Part shown: positions 19,685 through 30,100 of the stretch, one piece after another
How the letters are laid out: each line of letters opens with the position of its first letter
Position numbering within the stretch: position 1 is the stretch's first letter
Assembly: GCA_964244845.1 (NCBI GenBank)
Contig: CAXTKE010000014.1
Span: forward strand, 86,048-150,047
Reading direction: 5' to 3'
DNA: 64,000 bases
DNA from: an uncultured Spirosoma sp.
Lineage (GTDB): Bacteria; Bacteroidota; Bacteroidia; Cytophagales; Spirosomataceae
Made by a program: the position numbers and the translations under genes
Notes under the pieces: model-generated
Seen by the model: only the letters and a program-made list of their open reading frames with translations
Databases searched by the model: none
What the model was told of the DNA's origin: nothing

Positions 19685-20710
19685 ATGCTCAAGCTATTTC
19701 CCTTTATCTCATTGCTGCTCTACATTGCCTGTACGTCATCGCAGCCGACGCCTAATCAAACACCCGTTCAGCCTGAACCCGATCCAGTCTATACCTCATG
19801 GATTGTGGGCGATACGGCCGATGCGAAGGTCCGGCCGCTGGGGGGCGTGGTGCTGGCGGGTGGCAGTACGGATGTCGACGCGGCCATGCGGTGGCTATTG
19901 CGCCGGTCGAGTGGGGGCGATGTGCTTATTCTGCGGTCGTCGGGCAGCGATGGCTACAACGAGTACCTGTACAAAACCCTCGGCGAAACCGTGAATTCGG
20001 TCGAAACGCTTCTGCTCGATTCGCGGAATTTATCGACAAACCCGCTCATCATCCGAAAAATACGTACTGCCGAAGCCATTTTTTTTGCGGGGGGCGATCA
20101 GGCCAACTACGTGAATTTCTGGCAGGGAACGCCCCTTGCCGATGCCCTGAACGAGCGTATTCAGCAGGGGGTTGTTCTGGGTGGTACGAGCGCAGGCTGT
20201 GCCATTCTGGGACAGCTTTATTTTGCCGCCGGAGAAGGCTCTGTCACGTCCGACGAAGCCCTGACAAATCCCTATGACAAACGGGTTGATCTTCGGCAGA
20301 ATGACTTTATCAACCAACCGCTCCTGGCAAATACCATTACCGACCAGCATTACGCGGCCCGCGACCGGCAGGGGCGACACCTTGCGTTTCTGGCCCGTGC
20401 TGTAACGGACTGGAACCTACAGCCGCGTGGCATCGGCGTCGACGAAAAAACGGCCGTTTGCGCCACCCCCGACGGAGCCACAACTGTGTTTGGACAGGGA
20501 AATGCGTATTTTTTGCAAGCGATGGGTACCAAACCCGAACGCTGTGAGACTAATCAGCCGCTCACGTGGAAAGGCGATGGCAAGCCCGTGCGGGTAACGA
20601 TCATTGCCGGTTCAGTTTCGGGCACACCCGGTGTCAATTTGCTATCGTTTCAAGCTGGAACCGGTGCAAAAGTCGAGTATTGGTATGCCGAGAACGGCGT
20701 AAGGAAGTAG
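19685..20710 (+). CDS. Cyanophycinase-like peptidase S51, exported (probable lipoprotein)
   Basis: FFAGGDQANY, GGTSAG (nucleophile Ser), TDQHYAARDRQGR, GVDEKTA; YIAC possible lipobox. Confidence 0.88.
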   Translation: MLKLFPFISLLLYIACTSSQPTPNQTPVQPEPDPVYTSWIVGDTADAKVRPLGGVVLAGGSTDVDAAMRWLLRRSSGGDVLILRSSGSDGYNEYLYKTLGETVNSVETLLLDSRNLSTNPLIIRKIRTAEAIFFAGGDQANYVNFWQGTPLADALNERIQQGVVLGGTSAGCAILGQLYFAAGEGSVTSDEALTNPYDKRVDLRQNDFINQPLLANTITDQHYAARDRQGRHLAFLARAVTDWNLQPRGIGVDEKTAVCATPDGATTVFGQGNAYFLQAMGTKPERCETNQPLTWKGDGKPVRVTIIAGSVSGTPGVNLLSFQAGTGAKVEYWYAENGVRK

Positions 20711-20836
20711 TGTATTGAAGCCTCTTTTTTACTAAGATGAGCGAGTTTTCAATTGCTTTAGACCATAATCCATTAAACCCTAAACTACCCGGCATAGTCA
20801 AACGTTTATAGAGCAAATGCTTTGTTCAAACCGACC

Positions 20837-22135
20837 ATGAACCGTTTATTACTTGCCTGTCTGTTTTTACTGCTGTTGGCCCCCAGCCTGCACGCGCAGG
20901 TACAGTTTACTACTGAAACCCCCCGCGTCGATGACGTTAATGATGCCGACGTGACCATCCAGCGCGTTGAATTAACCGAGCAGTACACCATTATTTACAT
21001 GAAGTTTGAGGCCCCAAAGCGACCCCGTTCGCAGGGTCGCTCGTGGCCGTTTCCGATTCCGCTGCCCGATGGGGGGAGCCAGGGCGGGCAGACAGGGACC
21101 AACAACATTGGGTTTCAGCCATCCTCTCGCCTATATGTAAATCAGGGGGAGCGGTCCTACAAATTCATCCGCGCCGAAAACATTCCCCTCGAAGTGCGTC
21201 GGCAGGTTCAGCCCGGCGAACGGGTCGATTTTGTGGCTTATTTTGAGCGCATAACACCCGGTTATACGGTGTTCGATTTATTTGAATGCAAAGACGGAAA
21301 CGGGTTTATCTGCTTTAACTTCTGGGGCGTACACATCATCAATCCGGTTCGGAAAGAGACTTATTCGCAGCGCACACCGAAGGCAATGCCACCCGCTCAG
21401 TCGAAACCACAGCAACCTCGTTATACGCCCCGCACAAGCCCCGGCGTTGGTACGCCCGATGCGCCTAAAGCCCCGGCACCCGCCCAGCCGCAGGAAACAC
21501 CGACTCCGGTAAGCGTTTCGATCAACGGTATCACACGCGATGCGAAAACCAAACAGCCCATTGTGGCAACGGTAACGTACCGCCTGCTGTCGGGGGCCGA
21601 AGCGTCGGGCGATGACCCCGCCGATTCGGTGCGGAGTGTCAGCCCAACGGGAAAATATAAAATTGGTATTGACCGGCGGGGCGTTTATGCCGTAACAGCC
21701 TCAGCCAAAGGGTATTTCAGCCAAAGCGATACGCTGGCAACGAACCGCGTCGACGTAACCCGCGATTTCAACTTGGTGCCGATTGAAGCAGGGGCCAAAA
21801 TCACGCTGAGGAATATCTATTTCAGCGTCTCAAAATTTGACCTCAAACCCGAATCGTTCCCCGAACTGGATCGGTTGGTAACGGTCATGCAGTCGAACCC
21901 AACGATGCAAATCCGGCTCGAAGGACATACCGATACCGTTGGCGAGTTCGATGCCAACGTCGAACTGTCGCGCAACCGGGTCAATGAAGTAAGGCGGTAT
22001 TTAGTCGGTAAAGGCATCAGTGCCAGCCGAATCGAAACCGTTGGCTATGGGCCATCCCGGCCCATCAACACCAACAAAAGCCTGAAGGAACGACCCGAAA
22101 ACCGGCGGGTGGAGATGGTGATTGTGAACGTGTAG
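20837..22135 (+). CDS. OmpA-family peptidoglycan-binding protein with an unknown N-terminal domain and Pro-rich linker
   Basis: C-terminal LRNIYF, IRLEGHTD, LSRNRVNEV, GYGPSRP, NRRVEM. Confidence 0.9.
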   Translation: MNRLLLACLFLLLLAPSLHAQVQFTTETPRVDDVNDADVTIQRVELTEQYTIIYMKFEAPKRPRSQGRSWPFPIPLPDGGSQGGQTGTNNIGFQPSSRLYVNQGERSYKFIRAENIPLEVRRQVQPGERVDFVAYFERITPGYTVFDLFECKDGNGFICFNFWGVHIINPVRKETYSQRTPKAMPPAQSKPQQPRYTPRTSPGVGTPDAPKAPAPAQPQETPTPVSVSINGITRDAKTKQPIVATVTYRLLSGAEASGDDPADSVRSVSPTGKYKIGIDRRGVYAVTASAKGYFSQSDTLATNRVDVTRDFNLVPIEAGAKITLRNIYFSVSKFDLKPESFPELDRLVTVMQSNPTMQIRLEGHTDTVGEFDANVELSRNRVNEVRRYLVGKGISASRIETVGYGPSRPINTNKSLKERPENRRVEMVIVNV

Positions 22136-22145
22136 CGATTCGTTA

Positions 22146-22228
22146 AAACACAGAGCGAACGGAGATGTCACAGAGCACACAGAGAAAATCTTTGTGAACT
22201 CCGTGACATCTCCGTTCGCTCTGTGTTT
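22146..22228. repeat. Inverted repeat, 26-bp arms
   Basis: aaacacagagcgaacggagatgtcac ... gtgacatctccgttcgctctgtgttt. Confidence 0.85.
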
Positions 22229-22235
22229 AGATGAT

Positions 22236-22898
22236 ATGAAACCCAACTTCGACCTTAGCGTTGTTCTGGCCCGTATTGAAGACGCCATCAAGCCCTATCC
22301 CAAAGCGGCTATGTTCGACCTGTACGAGCGCGGCTATACGAGTTTGTTCGAGCAACTGATTTCGTGCATCATATCCATCCGCACCCTCGACGAAACGACC
22401 ATGCCGGTATCGCTGCGGCTGTTTGAACGCGCACGAACCCCCGAACAACTCCTCGCCCTCGACATCCCGACGCTCACCCAACTGCTCTACGGCACGACCT
22501 ACCCCGATCAGAAAGCCTATACCATGCGGGGTATTGCCGAGCGCATTGTCAATGAATTTGGGGGAGAGTTACCGGCTACCTTCGAGGTGCTGACTTCCCT
22601 GAAAGGCGTGGGACCGAAGTGCGCTAATTTAGCCCTCGGCGTGGCAACGGGCGAAGCAGTCATCAGCGTCGATATTCACGTGCATCGGGTGGTGAACCGC
22701 TGGGGATACGTGCAAACGAAACAGCCTGAACAAACGCTTAAGGTGCTGGAAAACCTGGTCCCGAATGAGCAGCGGATACATATCAATCGGTTACTGATGC
22801 CGTTTGGCAAACACATATGCACGGGAACGCTGCCGCACTGCTCCACCTGCCCCGTGCTGGCGTACTGCGAGCAGGTCGGGGTGGAGCGGCACCGATAA
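22236..22898 (+). CDS. nth: Endonuclease III-family HhH-GPD DNA glycosylase with 4Fe-4S cluster
   Basis: LKGVGPKCANL (HhH Lys), VDIHVHRV, CTGTLPHCSTCPVLAYC cluster motif; start ATG at 22236 (the track start lies inside the repeat). Confidence 0.85.
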   Translation: MKPNFDLSVVLARIEDAIKPYPKAAMFDLYERGYTSLFEQLISCIISIRTLDETTMPVSLRLFERARTPEQLLALDIPTLTQLLYGTTYPDQKAYTMRGIAERIVNEFGGELPATFEVLTSLKGVGPKCANLALGVATGEAVISVDIHVHRVVNRWGYVQTKQPEQTLKVLENLVPNEQRIHINRLLMPFGKHICTGTLPHCSTCPVLAYCEQVGVERHR

Positions 22899-22903
22899 AC
22901 GCA

Positions 22904-23440
22904 CTATTTCTGGCCCCCGGTGAGCGATTGTTTCAGACTGGCTAATGTATCCCGGCACGACTTATCGATTTGCCGATAGAGATTCGCCTGTTGATTTGCC
23001 GTTTGCTCGATTAGCTGTTTGTTCGTGATTTTGCTGCCCGCCACCCGGTCCAGTTCGTTAACCGTGCCACTGCTTGCCCGAACCGGTACGGTCAATCCGT
23101 TGCTTTCGGCAATCATATCGGTGATGGTTGCCCGATACCGGCCAAATTTGGCTTCGACGGTAAGCGTATAGCGAATGAGTTGATTATCAATTGGGTAGGC
23201 TGATTTAACAAAGAGAATATTCCGTTCGAGATCAGGCTGTTGTTCGGCGGTTGATTCATTGGCGTAGTGCTCATCAGCCCACGTACGGATTTGCTGCATG
23301 AGTTGGCGAGCGGGTAGCTTGGCGTCGGGTACACGCACAATTTCCTGGTACTGCACCTGTCCCACTTCGTTAGTAGGCAACCGAACCTGTCCGAACGCAT
23401 TGATTGACAGGAGAAAAAAGAATAGCACTGCGTATTTCAT
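22904..23440 (-). CDS. DUF4468-like secreted protein
   Basis: Signal peptide; YQEIVRVP and IRYTLTVEAKFGRYRATITD resemble DUF4468. Confidence 0.6.
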   Translation of the reverse strand: MKYAVLFFFLLSINAFGQVRLPTNEVGQVQYQEIVRVPDAKLPARQLMQQIRTWADEHYANESTAEQQPDLERNILFVKSAYPIDNQLIRYTLTVEAKFGRYRATITDMIAESNGLTVPVRASSGTVNELDRVAGSKITNKQLIEQTANQQANLYRQIDKSCRDTLASLKQSLTGGQK

Positions 23441-23555
23441 GTTGAGTGGGCCTATCGTTTAACGGGTGGGGTAACGGCCCGCCCTGAAAGCCAACACGAA
23501 GATAGAGCCTATTCGCGGTTTGGTGAAAATCAGGGTCCTAAATAAGATCAACGGG

Positions 23556-23613
23556 AAGAGGTTTTTGGGGTGGTGTCAGTTTCTCAAAACTGACACCACC
23601 CCAAAAACCTCTT
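23556..23613. repeat. Perfect 27-bp inverted repeat, GGTGTCAGTTT-N4-AAACTGACACC family, copy 1
   Basis: aagaggtttttggggtggtgtcagttt-ctca-aaactgacaccaccccaaaaacctctt. Confidence 0.88.
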
Positions 23614-23645
23614 AACAATGCCTGACAATTACCTGACAATCTATC

Positions 23646-24683
23646 TTATACCAGCGCATCTTCCAGCGACTCCTTTGCTTTCTTTACTGAATCGGTTACC
23701 ACGTTGTCGGCCATTTCAGAGGTATTTTTGGCTTTTTTGATGGCTTTACCCACCTGATACCTGTACTTGGCCTGATCGTAGGGGTTGCTCTGACGATAAG
23801 CCAGATACAGCCCGGCCACAACGCCCGCCACAATACCCACGCCTACCGCAAGGCCAGCCAACTGCGATTTCTGGCCGTCTTCCGCTTCATCTCGGGGCAT
23901 CATGTCTTTCCGGGCATTAGCCGCCAGCAACGGGTCGGGCAATACGTGCGCCATTGCCACCCGCGCTTTGTTCATCCAGCCCGCTACCACATGGTCTTTG
24001 CCCTTCATAAGCGCGTCGTAACCTTCTTTGGCTACATCGGCGGGGTTGGCCGTTTTTGCCGGATCGGCCCCTTTCACGTGAGCAGCCCCTGCTTTGTTGA
24101 AAAAGTCGGTATTGGTAGCACCCGGCATCAAAACCGTAATGGTTATGCTGGTGTCGTTCAGTTCGTTGCGGATGGCTTCCGAAAAAGACTTGATAAAGGC
24201 TTTCGTTGCCCCATAAACGGCCATCATTGGGTTCGGCACAACCGAAACTTCGGAACCAAGCATCAGAATTTTCCCTTCATTGCGGCTTACCATGTCTTTC
24301 AGATACAACTTGGTCAGGTGCATCAGCGAAACGGCATTGATCTGCACGATGGCCAGTTCTTTCTGCAAATCGGTTTCGGTGGCAAATTTTCCGTACTCAC
24401 CCATTCCCGCATCGTTCACCAGAACATTCACCGTAATGCCTTGTTGCTGAGTCTGTTCGTAGATAGCGTCGGCGGCTTTCGGGTCCGCCAGGTCCTGCGC
24501 TATTGTCGTCGCTTTAATGCCAAACTGCTGTTCGTATTCATTGGCAATCTGCCGGAGGCTATCCCCCGAACGGGCTACCAACACTAAGTTGTAGCCATCT
24601 TTGGCAAATAGCGTTGTCAGTTCGCGGCCGATACCGCTGGTCGCGCCCGTAATCAGGGCTGTTTTTCCGCTTGTGTTTTCCAT
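23646..24683 (-). CDS. Short-chain dehydrogenase (DltE-like) with C-terminal membrane anchor and charged tail
   Basis: TGATSGIG, YGATK (YxxxK), PGATNTDFF; extra TM segment AGLAVGVGIVAGVVAGLYLAY. Confidence 0.9.
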   Translation of the reverse strand: MENTSGKTALITGATSGIGRELTTLFAKDGYNLVLVARSGDSLRQIANEYEQQFGIKATTIAQDLADPKAADAIYEQTQQQGITVNVLVNDAGMGEYGKFATETDLQKELAIVQINAVSLMHLTKLYLKDMVSRNEGKILMLGSEVSVVPNPMMAVYGATKAFIKSFSEAIRNELNDTSITITVLMPGATNTDFFNKAGAAHVKGADPAKTANPADVAKEGYDALMKGKDHVVAGWMNKARVAMAHVLPDPLLAANARKDMMPRDEAEDGQKSQLAGLAVGVGIVAGVVAGLYLAYRQSNPYDQAKYRYQVGKAIKKAKNTSEMADNVVTDSVKKAKESLEDALV

Positions 24684-24759
24684 TGTTGAGTTGATTGATT
24701 TTTACAGGTTGACGTTGTTTTTGTTTTATAAAATCAACGCTGATTTGTCATCTTATGTT

Positions 24760-24900
24760 GAGCGTAGTCTTCGACTACGCTCGGGTGTTATCCGGTCTCT
24801 GACCGGCGGTTGGCAATACCGGTCAGAGACCGGATAACACTGCGACGTAGTGAATACTACGCCGAACATCAGTCCGTAGTTTTCAACTACGTCGAACATC
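24760..24900. repeat. REP cluster: three CGTAGT-N4/5-ACTACG hairpins plus a nested longer hairpin
   Basis: gagcgtagtcttcgactacgctc; gtgttatccggtctctgaccgg...ccggtcagagaccggataacac; cgtagtgaatactacg; cgtagttttcaactacg. Confidence 0.75.
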
Positions 24901-24920
24901 ATGAGAATGCAAACGGTCTT

Positions 24921-26078
24921 TTATGGTTTGAGAATCACTTTGGTGCAGTCGTCTTCTTTCTTTTTGAACATATCATACGCCCGCGAGGCTTCCGACAAGG
25001 GCAGCGTGTGCGATACGATGTCGTCCAGAACGACCTTACCGTCCACCACCAAGTCCAGCAAATGGCTCATGTTCTTGTGAACAAACGACTGTCCAAAGCG
25101 AACCGTAATGCCTTTGTCGAACATCCGGTGAACCGGGAAATTATCGTACGGACTGCCATACACACCCACCACCGACACAATACCACCCCGCCGAACAGCC
25201 TGAAAACAGAGTTCCAGGACTTTGGATGTGCCTTTTTCAAAATTAATAACTGCTTTGGCTCTTTCCAGAATAGACCGGTCGGCTTCCATCCCGACGGCAT
25301 CTACACACAGGTCAGCCCCGCGCCCGCCGGTCATCTGCCGGATCGCTTCCACGACGTCAACCTCGTCTGGATTGAGTGTTTCAACTTTGTTGACCTGTTT
25401 GGCCCGCGCCAGCCGGTAATTCACCGGGTCGATGGCAATGACACGGGCGGCTCCCTGTATCCAGGCAGCTTTCTGAGCCATCAGACCAACCGGGCCTGAC
25501 CCGAAAATAGCTACGGTCTCGCCCCCGCGCAGTTCACCCCATTCGATGGCACTCCAGCCGGTCGGGAAAATATCGGTCAGAAATAGTACTTGCTCGTCTT
25601 TGAGGGTTTCGGGTACATGATGCAGGCCATAATCGGCGAAGGGAACGCGAACGTATTCGGCCTGCCCGCCATTGTAGCCGCCGTAGAGGTCGGTGTACCC
25701 GAATAGTCCCCCGCCTTTTTCGGTGAGCAATCCGCCATCGGGACCATAATGGTCGGGATTGGAGTTTTCGCAGTGCATTTGCAGATTTTGCTGGCAGAAA
25801 TAGCACTTGCCACAGGCGACGGTGAACGGCACCACGACCCGGTCGCCCTTTTTGAGGTTGGTTACCTCAGAGCCAACCTCTTCAACGATGCCCATGAATT
25901 CGTGGCCGAGCACTTCATTTTTTAATTGGGGAATAAACCCATCGTAAATGTGCAGGTCGGAGCCGCAGATGGCTGTTGACGTAACCCGGATGATGGCGTC
26001 TCGCGCCTGTTCGATGCGTGGATCATCGACGGTATCGACCTTAATGTCTCCGATTTTGTGGAATACGGCTGCTTTCAT
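24921..26078 (-). CDS. Zinc-dependent alcohol/formaldehyde dehydrogenase (YbdR-like)
   Basis: AICGSDLH, LGHEFMG, CGKCYFC...C structural Zn site, LTDIFPTG, GSGPVG. Confidence 0.92.
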   Translation of the reverse strand: MKAAVFHKIGDIKVDTVDDPRIEQARDAIIRVTSTAICGSDLHIYDGFIPQLKNEVLGHEFMGIVEEVGSEVTNLKKGDRVVVPFTVACGKCYFCQQNLQMHCENSNPDHYGPDGGLLTEKGGGLFGYTDLYGGYNGGQAEYVRVPFADYGLHHVPETLKDEQVLFLTDIFPTGWSAIEWGELRGGETVAIFGSGPVGLMAQKAAWIQGAARVIAIDPVNYRLARAKQVNKVETLNPDEVDVVEAIRQMTGGRGADLCVDAVGMEADRSILERAKAVINFEKGTSKVLELCFQAVRRGGIVSVVGVYGSPYDNFPVHRMFDKGITVRFGQSFVHKNMSHLLDLVVDGKVVLDDIVSHTLPLSEASRAYDMFKKKEDDCTKVILKP

Positions 26079-26080
26079 AC

Positions 26081-26138
26081 TAGAGTTGAGTTGTAGAAAA
26101 ATGATGTTACGACATCATTTTTCTACAACTCAACTCTA
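26081..26138. repeat. Perfect 27-bp inverted repeat
   Basis: tagagttgagttgtagaaaaatgatgt-tacg-acatcatttttctacaactcaactcta, 2 nt upstream of the dehydrogenase start. Confidence 0.88.
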
Positions 26139-26190
26139 TAAAATTAGTTTGTTATATCCGGTGAACGGCCCGCTTTCTAATTCCACGTTT

Positions 26191-26634
26191 TCACAGTAGT
26201 TGCTGAAGGCCCGGAATGTTATAGATAGCGAGGGTAATGATGGTTCCCCAGAACAGGGCGAAGGCAACCATCCAGGCAATAATTTTGACAGGTGGTATTT
26301 TAAACGAAGTAGCAATCAGCGTTCCGCCAATGGGGGTGAAAAGCAGGGGAGTCAGGCAGGCAATACCCGCCATGCCGAATCGGCGGTACACGTTTACGGC
26401 CCGACGGCTGCTTTTGGAGAAGCGTTTCGGCGTTGTTTTTTGCCATTTTTGCCACCTATCCTGTAGCACTTTGCCCAGAAATGTAAAGACAATGACGCTG
26501 ACCATCATGCCAATCGTGGTGCAAAACATGGTCTCCCACCAGGTTAGTTTCAGGGCAACACCCGCCAGAGGACCCAGGAAAAACTTGAGCATGGAGGGCA
26601 AAATCACCGCAATGTATTTTTCAAGGTCGTTCAT
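26191..26634 (-). CDS. Small hypothetical membrane protein (small multidrug-export-like)
   Basis: Four hydrophobic segments; SMLKF, RRFGMAGIACLTPLLFTPIGG. Confidence 0.7.
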   Translation of the reverse strand: MNDLEKYIAVILPSMLKFFLGPLAGVALKLTWWETMFCTTIGMMVSVIVFTFLGKVLQDRWQKWQKTTPKRFSKSSRRAVNVYRRFGMAGIACLTPLLFTPIGGTLIATSFKIPPVKIIAWMVAFALFWGTIITLAIYNIPGLQQLL

Positions 26635-26699
26635 GGATAGAGGATAAAGTCCTGTTCTGTAGCATCATAGTACGTACCTCTGTCCCGATAGGGCGTCAT

Positions 26700-27155
26700 T
26701 TACCCGTGTCGCGCCCAGACAATAAAGTCAGTGACCGGTGCTTCGGACAGCAGGGGCCGAATGAACTGCACGACCTGCCCCCGGTGGTAAGCCGCATGGT
26801 GGCTCATGTGGGTCAGAATGGCCGTTAATGAGTTTTCGTAGGCAATACCCTGTGAGTTCGTATAGCTAACAGGCTCAGCTAACTCCGGTTCAGATAATGC
26901 CTCTACATAACTGAGTAGCTGCCGGTGCTGCCGTTCGGCGGTTTCGATCATCCAGCTAACCGGAATGTCCTCCCAGATAGCGACGAAGGCTGTTTTGTGA
27001 ATAATTCGGCTAAACCAAACGTGCTGCGTCGATAAAATATGGCCCATCACGGCAATTGCCCGCGCCGGTGGGTTTTTGACCGTTTCGAGGGAGTCGATGA
27101 CGCGCCGGTTGGCCCAGAGTTCGTAATCGATAAGTTGAATCAGATGGTCTTTCAT
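26700..27155 (-). CDS. DinB family protein
   Basis: YELWANRR, GHILSTQHVW, THMSHHAAYHRGQ His motifs. Confidence 0.9.
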   Translation of the reverse strand: MKDHLIQLIDYELWANRRVIDSLETVKNPPARAIAVMGHILSTQHVWFSRIIHKTAFVAIWEDIPVSWMIETAERQHRQLLSYVEALSEPELAEPVSYTNSQGIAYENSLTAILTHMSHHAAYHRGQVVQFIRPLLSEAPVTDFIVWARHG

Positions 27156-30100
27156 TGCAGTCCACGTTTTGTTGCCTGATACAATGCTTCGACAATGTTG
27201 GTGCGGGTGTTCAGATTGCCAAGTTTAGGATTATTCCGGGTTGGATAAACGCGGTTACACAAAAATACATACGTCAGGTTATAGGCCGGATCGGGTTCAA
27301 CCCAGACAAATGTACCCGTATAGCCCGAATGCCCGTAACTGGCTTTGGTGGCCGACCGGGGCGCATTGCCCGAATACGTAAACGACGGTTTGTCGAAGCC
27401 CAGCCCGCGCCGGTTGCCCAGGTCCGGGAACTGATAACGCGTGAATTCGGCAATAGTTTTGGCCGAGATAAACTGCTGCCCGCCGTAGCTTCCCTTTTGC
27501 CGGTACATCTCGTATACTTTCATTAAATCATTGGCCGATCCAAACAGGCCCGCGTGTCCCGACAGTCCGTTGAGCATAGCCCCGCCCTCGTCATGCACGC
27601 GCCCCCAGATGAGTGTTTTGCGAAACAGCGAGTCGTATTCTGTTGGGACGATACGGTCGAGGGAGTAGTACCGGCGGGGTAAATACGTGAGCGTCGAGGC
27701 TCCAAGTGGCTTATAAAACGTTGTTTTGAGGTAGTCTTCAAAGTTCTCCCCGGTCAGTCGTTTCACAACTAAGGGGTAGAGGATGAAAGATAAATCAGAA
27801 TATACGTACTCCTTTTTCTCGTTCAGGGGTGAGTCTTTAATCTGCTTGTAAATCGTTCGCGGGTAGCGTCTGAACTCGTATAAACTGTCGGTTACTTCAA
27901 TCGGATACCGCGCGGAGCGTTTCGACGCGAAGGTTTTGGGTTTCCAGGAGCCATCTGGATTTTTGGTGTCCATCCAGAACGGAATCCACGCTTTCAGCCG
28001 GGCCTGATGGGTCAGCACATCGCGCCAGAGCAAATCGGCTTTGTTGGATTTTTTGAGGAAGGGCAGATAATCCACCATTTTGCCGTTCAGGTTAAACTTG
28101 CCTTCGTCTACCAAACGCATCAGGGCGGGGGTCGAAGTGCTTACCTTCGTTACGGAAGCCATATCATACAGGTCGTCCAATTGCACCGGTTTTGGTTCGG
28201 CACCCAGTGACGCGTCGTACGTGTGTTTACCATAGGCTTTGCGGAAAATTACTTTGCCATCTTTCGCCATTTGCACCACACAACCCGGAAATGCCCGCTC
28301 GTTCAGCCCGACATTCACCAATGAATCAATCTGCTGAGTCAGAAAGCGGCTGTCGATACCTACTTCTTCGGGAATGGTGTATTTGAGTCGGCCAATGGGT
28401 TGAACCAGTAGCCCGTCGCCCACCCGGAAACGTTGGTTGACCGTAACGGGCAATTTCCCGGATGCACCAATAGCCCCGAAAATCAACTGTGCCGATAGCT
28501 CCTCGGTGTACGTCGTTAGCTGATACGGCATGATAATGGCCCGCGCCTGTTCGATGTTGCGGCTGGGCTGGGCGGTGTCCATCGGGAACGTCAGTTTGTC
28601 CAATGCATACACATTGCCAAACACCGTTACAATGGCTTTGCCGGTAGCCACAAGTTCGCCCACAATAGCCGCTGTTTTCGCCTGAAGACCGTATTTCGCT
28701 CCCGGACGGATGTTGTTTAGATGCACATCTACCAGAATCAGGTTGTAGTTTTTCAGCGAATCGCGCACGACGGCCAGTGTCGAGTCGGGCGTTTTGGAGG
28801 TAACAGTAAAGTGCTCAATGTGTGTGTAATTGCCCGCCATCTGCTGAAATGCCGTGATTTTCTCGCTCTCGACCGCCACCGATGCAATCCGCAGGGTGTC
28901 CAATCCCTGCAACGGCAACAGGTTCCGGCCCTGCGCCACCCGGTCGTTTTTGAGAACGGTCAGGCTGGCTTCGGTAAATTTCCGGTTGAGCAGTTCGTCG
29001 CGCACGGGGTTGAGGTCGCTGACGAGATTTTCCAGCGCAACAGGTTTATTTTGGTCTAAACCAACCCACGCTTTGGCTCGCAGCACTTTCAGGCAGCGGG
29101 CATCCAGCGACGCCTGCGAAATTCGCCCATCGACCACCGCCTGCTTGATGAGCGAGAGGGCGGCAGGCACGTCTTCCGTAAATTCAAGCACATCCATCCC
29201 CGCTTCCAAACCCAACTCATCGGCCCGGCCCGACGGAAAATATTTCGTAACGCCTTTCATGTTCATGGCGTCGGAAAAAATCAATCCCTGGAAACCCAAT
29301 TCGTTTTTGAGCAGGTTCGTAACAATGGCGGGCGAGAGCGTCGAGGGGCGGTTTCGGGTCGTATCTAAGGCCGGAATATTCAAATGGGCGATCATCACAC
29401 CGGCGGCTCCGGCCTTAATCAACTCCCGAAACGGATAAAGTTCGAGCGAATCGAGCTGGGCGCGGCTTTTGCTAATCAGCGGCAAATCGTAGTGCGAATC
29501 GGTGCCGGTATCGCCATGACCAGGAAAGTGTTTGATGCTGGTTAACAGGTGGTTATCCTGCATTCCGCGCATGTAGGCAATGGCTTTACGCGCCACCTCG
29601 TATTTGTTTTCGCCGAACGACCGGAAGTTAATGACCGGGTTATTCGGGTTGTTGTTGACATCGACGGACGGCGCGAAATTGACGTGAACGCCCAACCGGC
29701 GCGACTGCCGGGCGAGGTTCGCGCCCATCTGGTAAATAAGCGAATCGGAACCCGCACCCTGCATGGCACCAAGCGTCATCTGATACGGATACCGGACCGT
29801 GCTGTCGAGCCGCATGGCTAACCCCCATTCGGAATCCATCGCAATCAGCAGCGGCACAGCCGAATTGGCCTGTAGTCGATTCGTAAGCCGGGCCTGCCGA
29901 ACGGGACCGCCTTGGAACATAACCACTCCACCGAGTTTATTGGTTTTTACGAGTCGCGCCAATGAATCTTCGTAGGCCGGCTTGCGGTTCGAGTAGCCCG
30001 CTACCATAATCAACTGCGCAATGCGGTCGTCGGGAGCCATGTTGGTGAACACCGAATCGACCCAGCAATTTTGTTGGGCGTTGAGTTGAAGAAATGCGGG

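Noticed and set aside
24760-24900. CRISPR array or integron attC array (also considered for 30321-30428)
   Set aside because: Only three degenerate hairpins with short, irregular spacers, no cas or intI gene, and no consistent repeat length; a REP cluster fits better.
24810-25499. 229-aa antisense ORF over the zinc dehydrogenase, and the many similar 60-210-aa antisense or alternative-frame ORFs over susC, GH3, aspS and others
   Set aside because: These are expected stop-poor shadows of GC-rich coding strands, with no recognisable domains.
27152-28400. Beta-lactamase domain as an antibiotic-resistance gene
   Set aside because: It is fused to a GH3 NagZ-like domain, a common Bacteroidota architecture consistent with peptidoglycan turnover.
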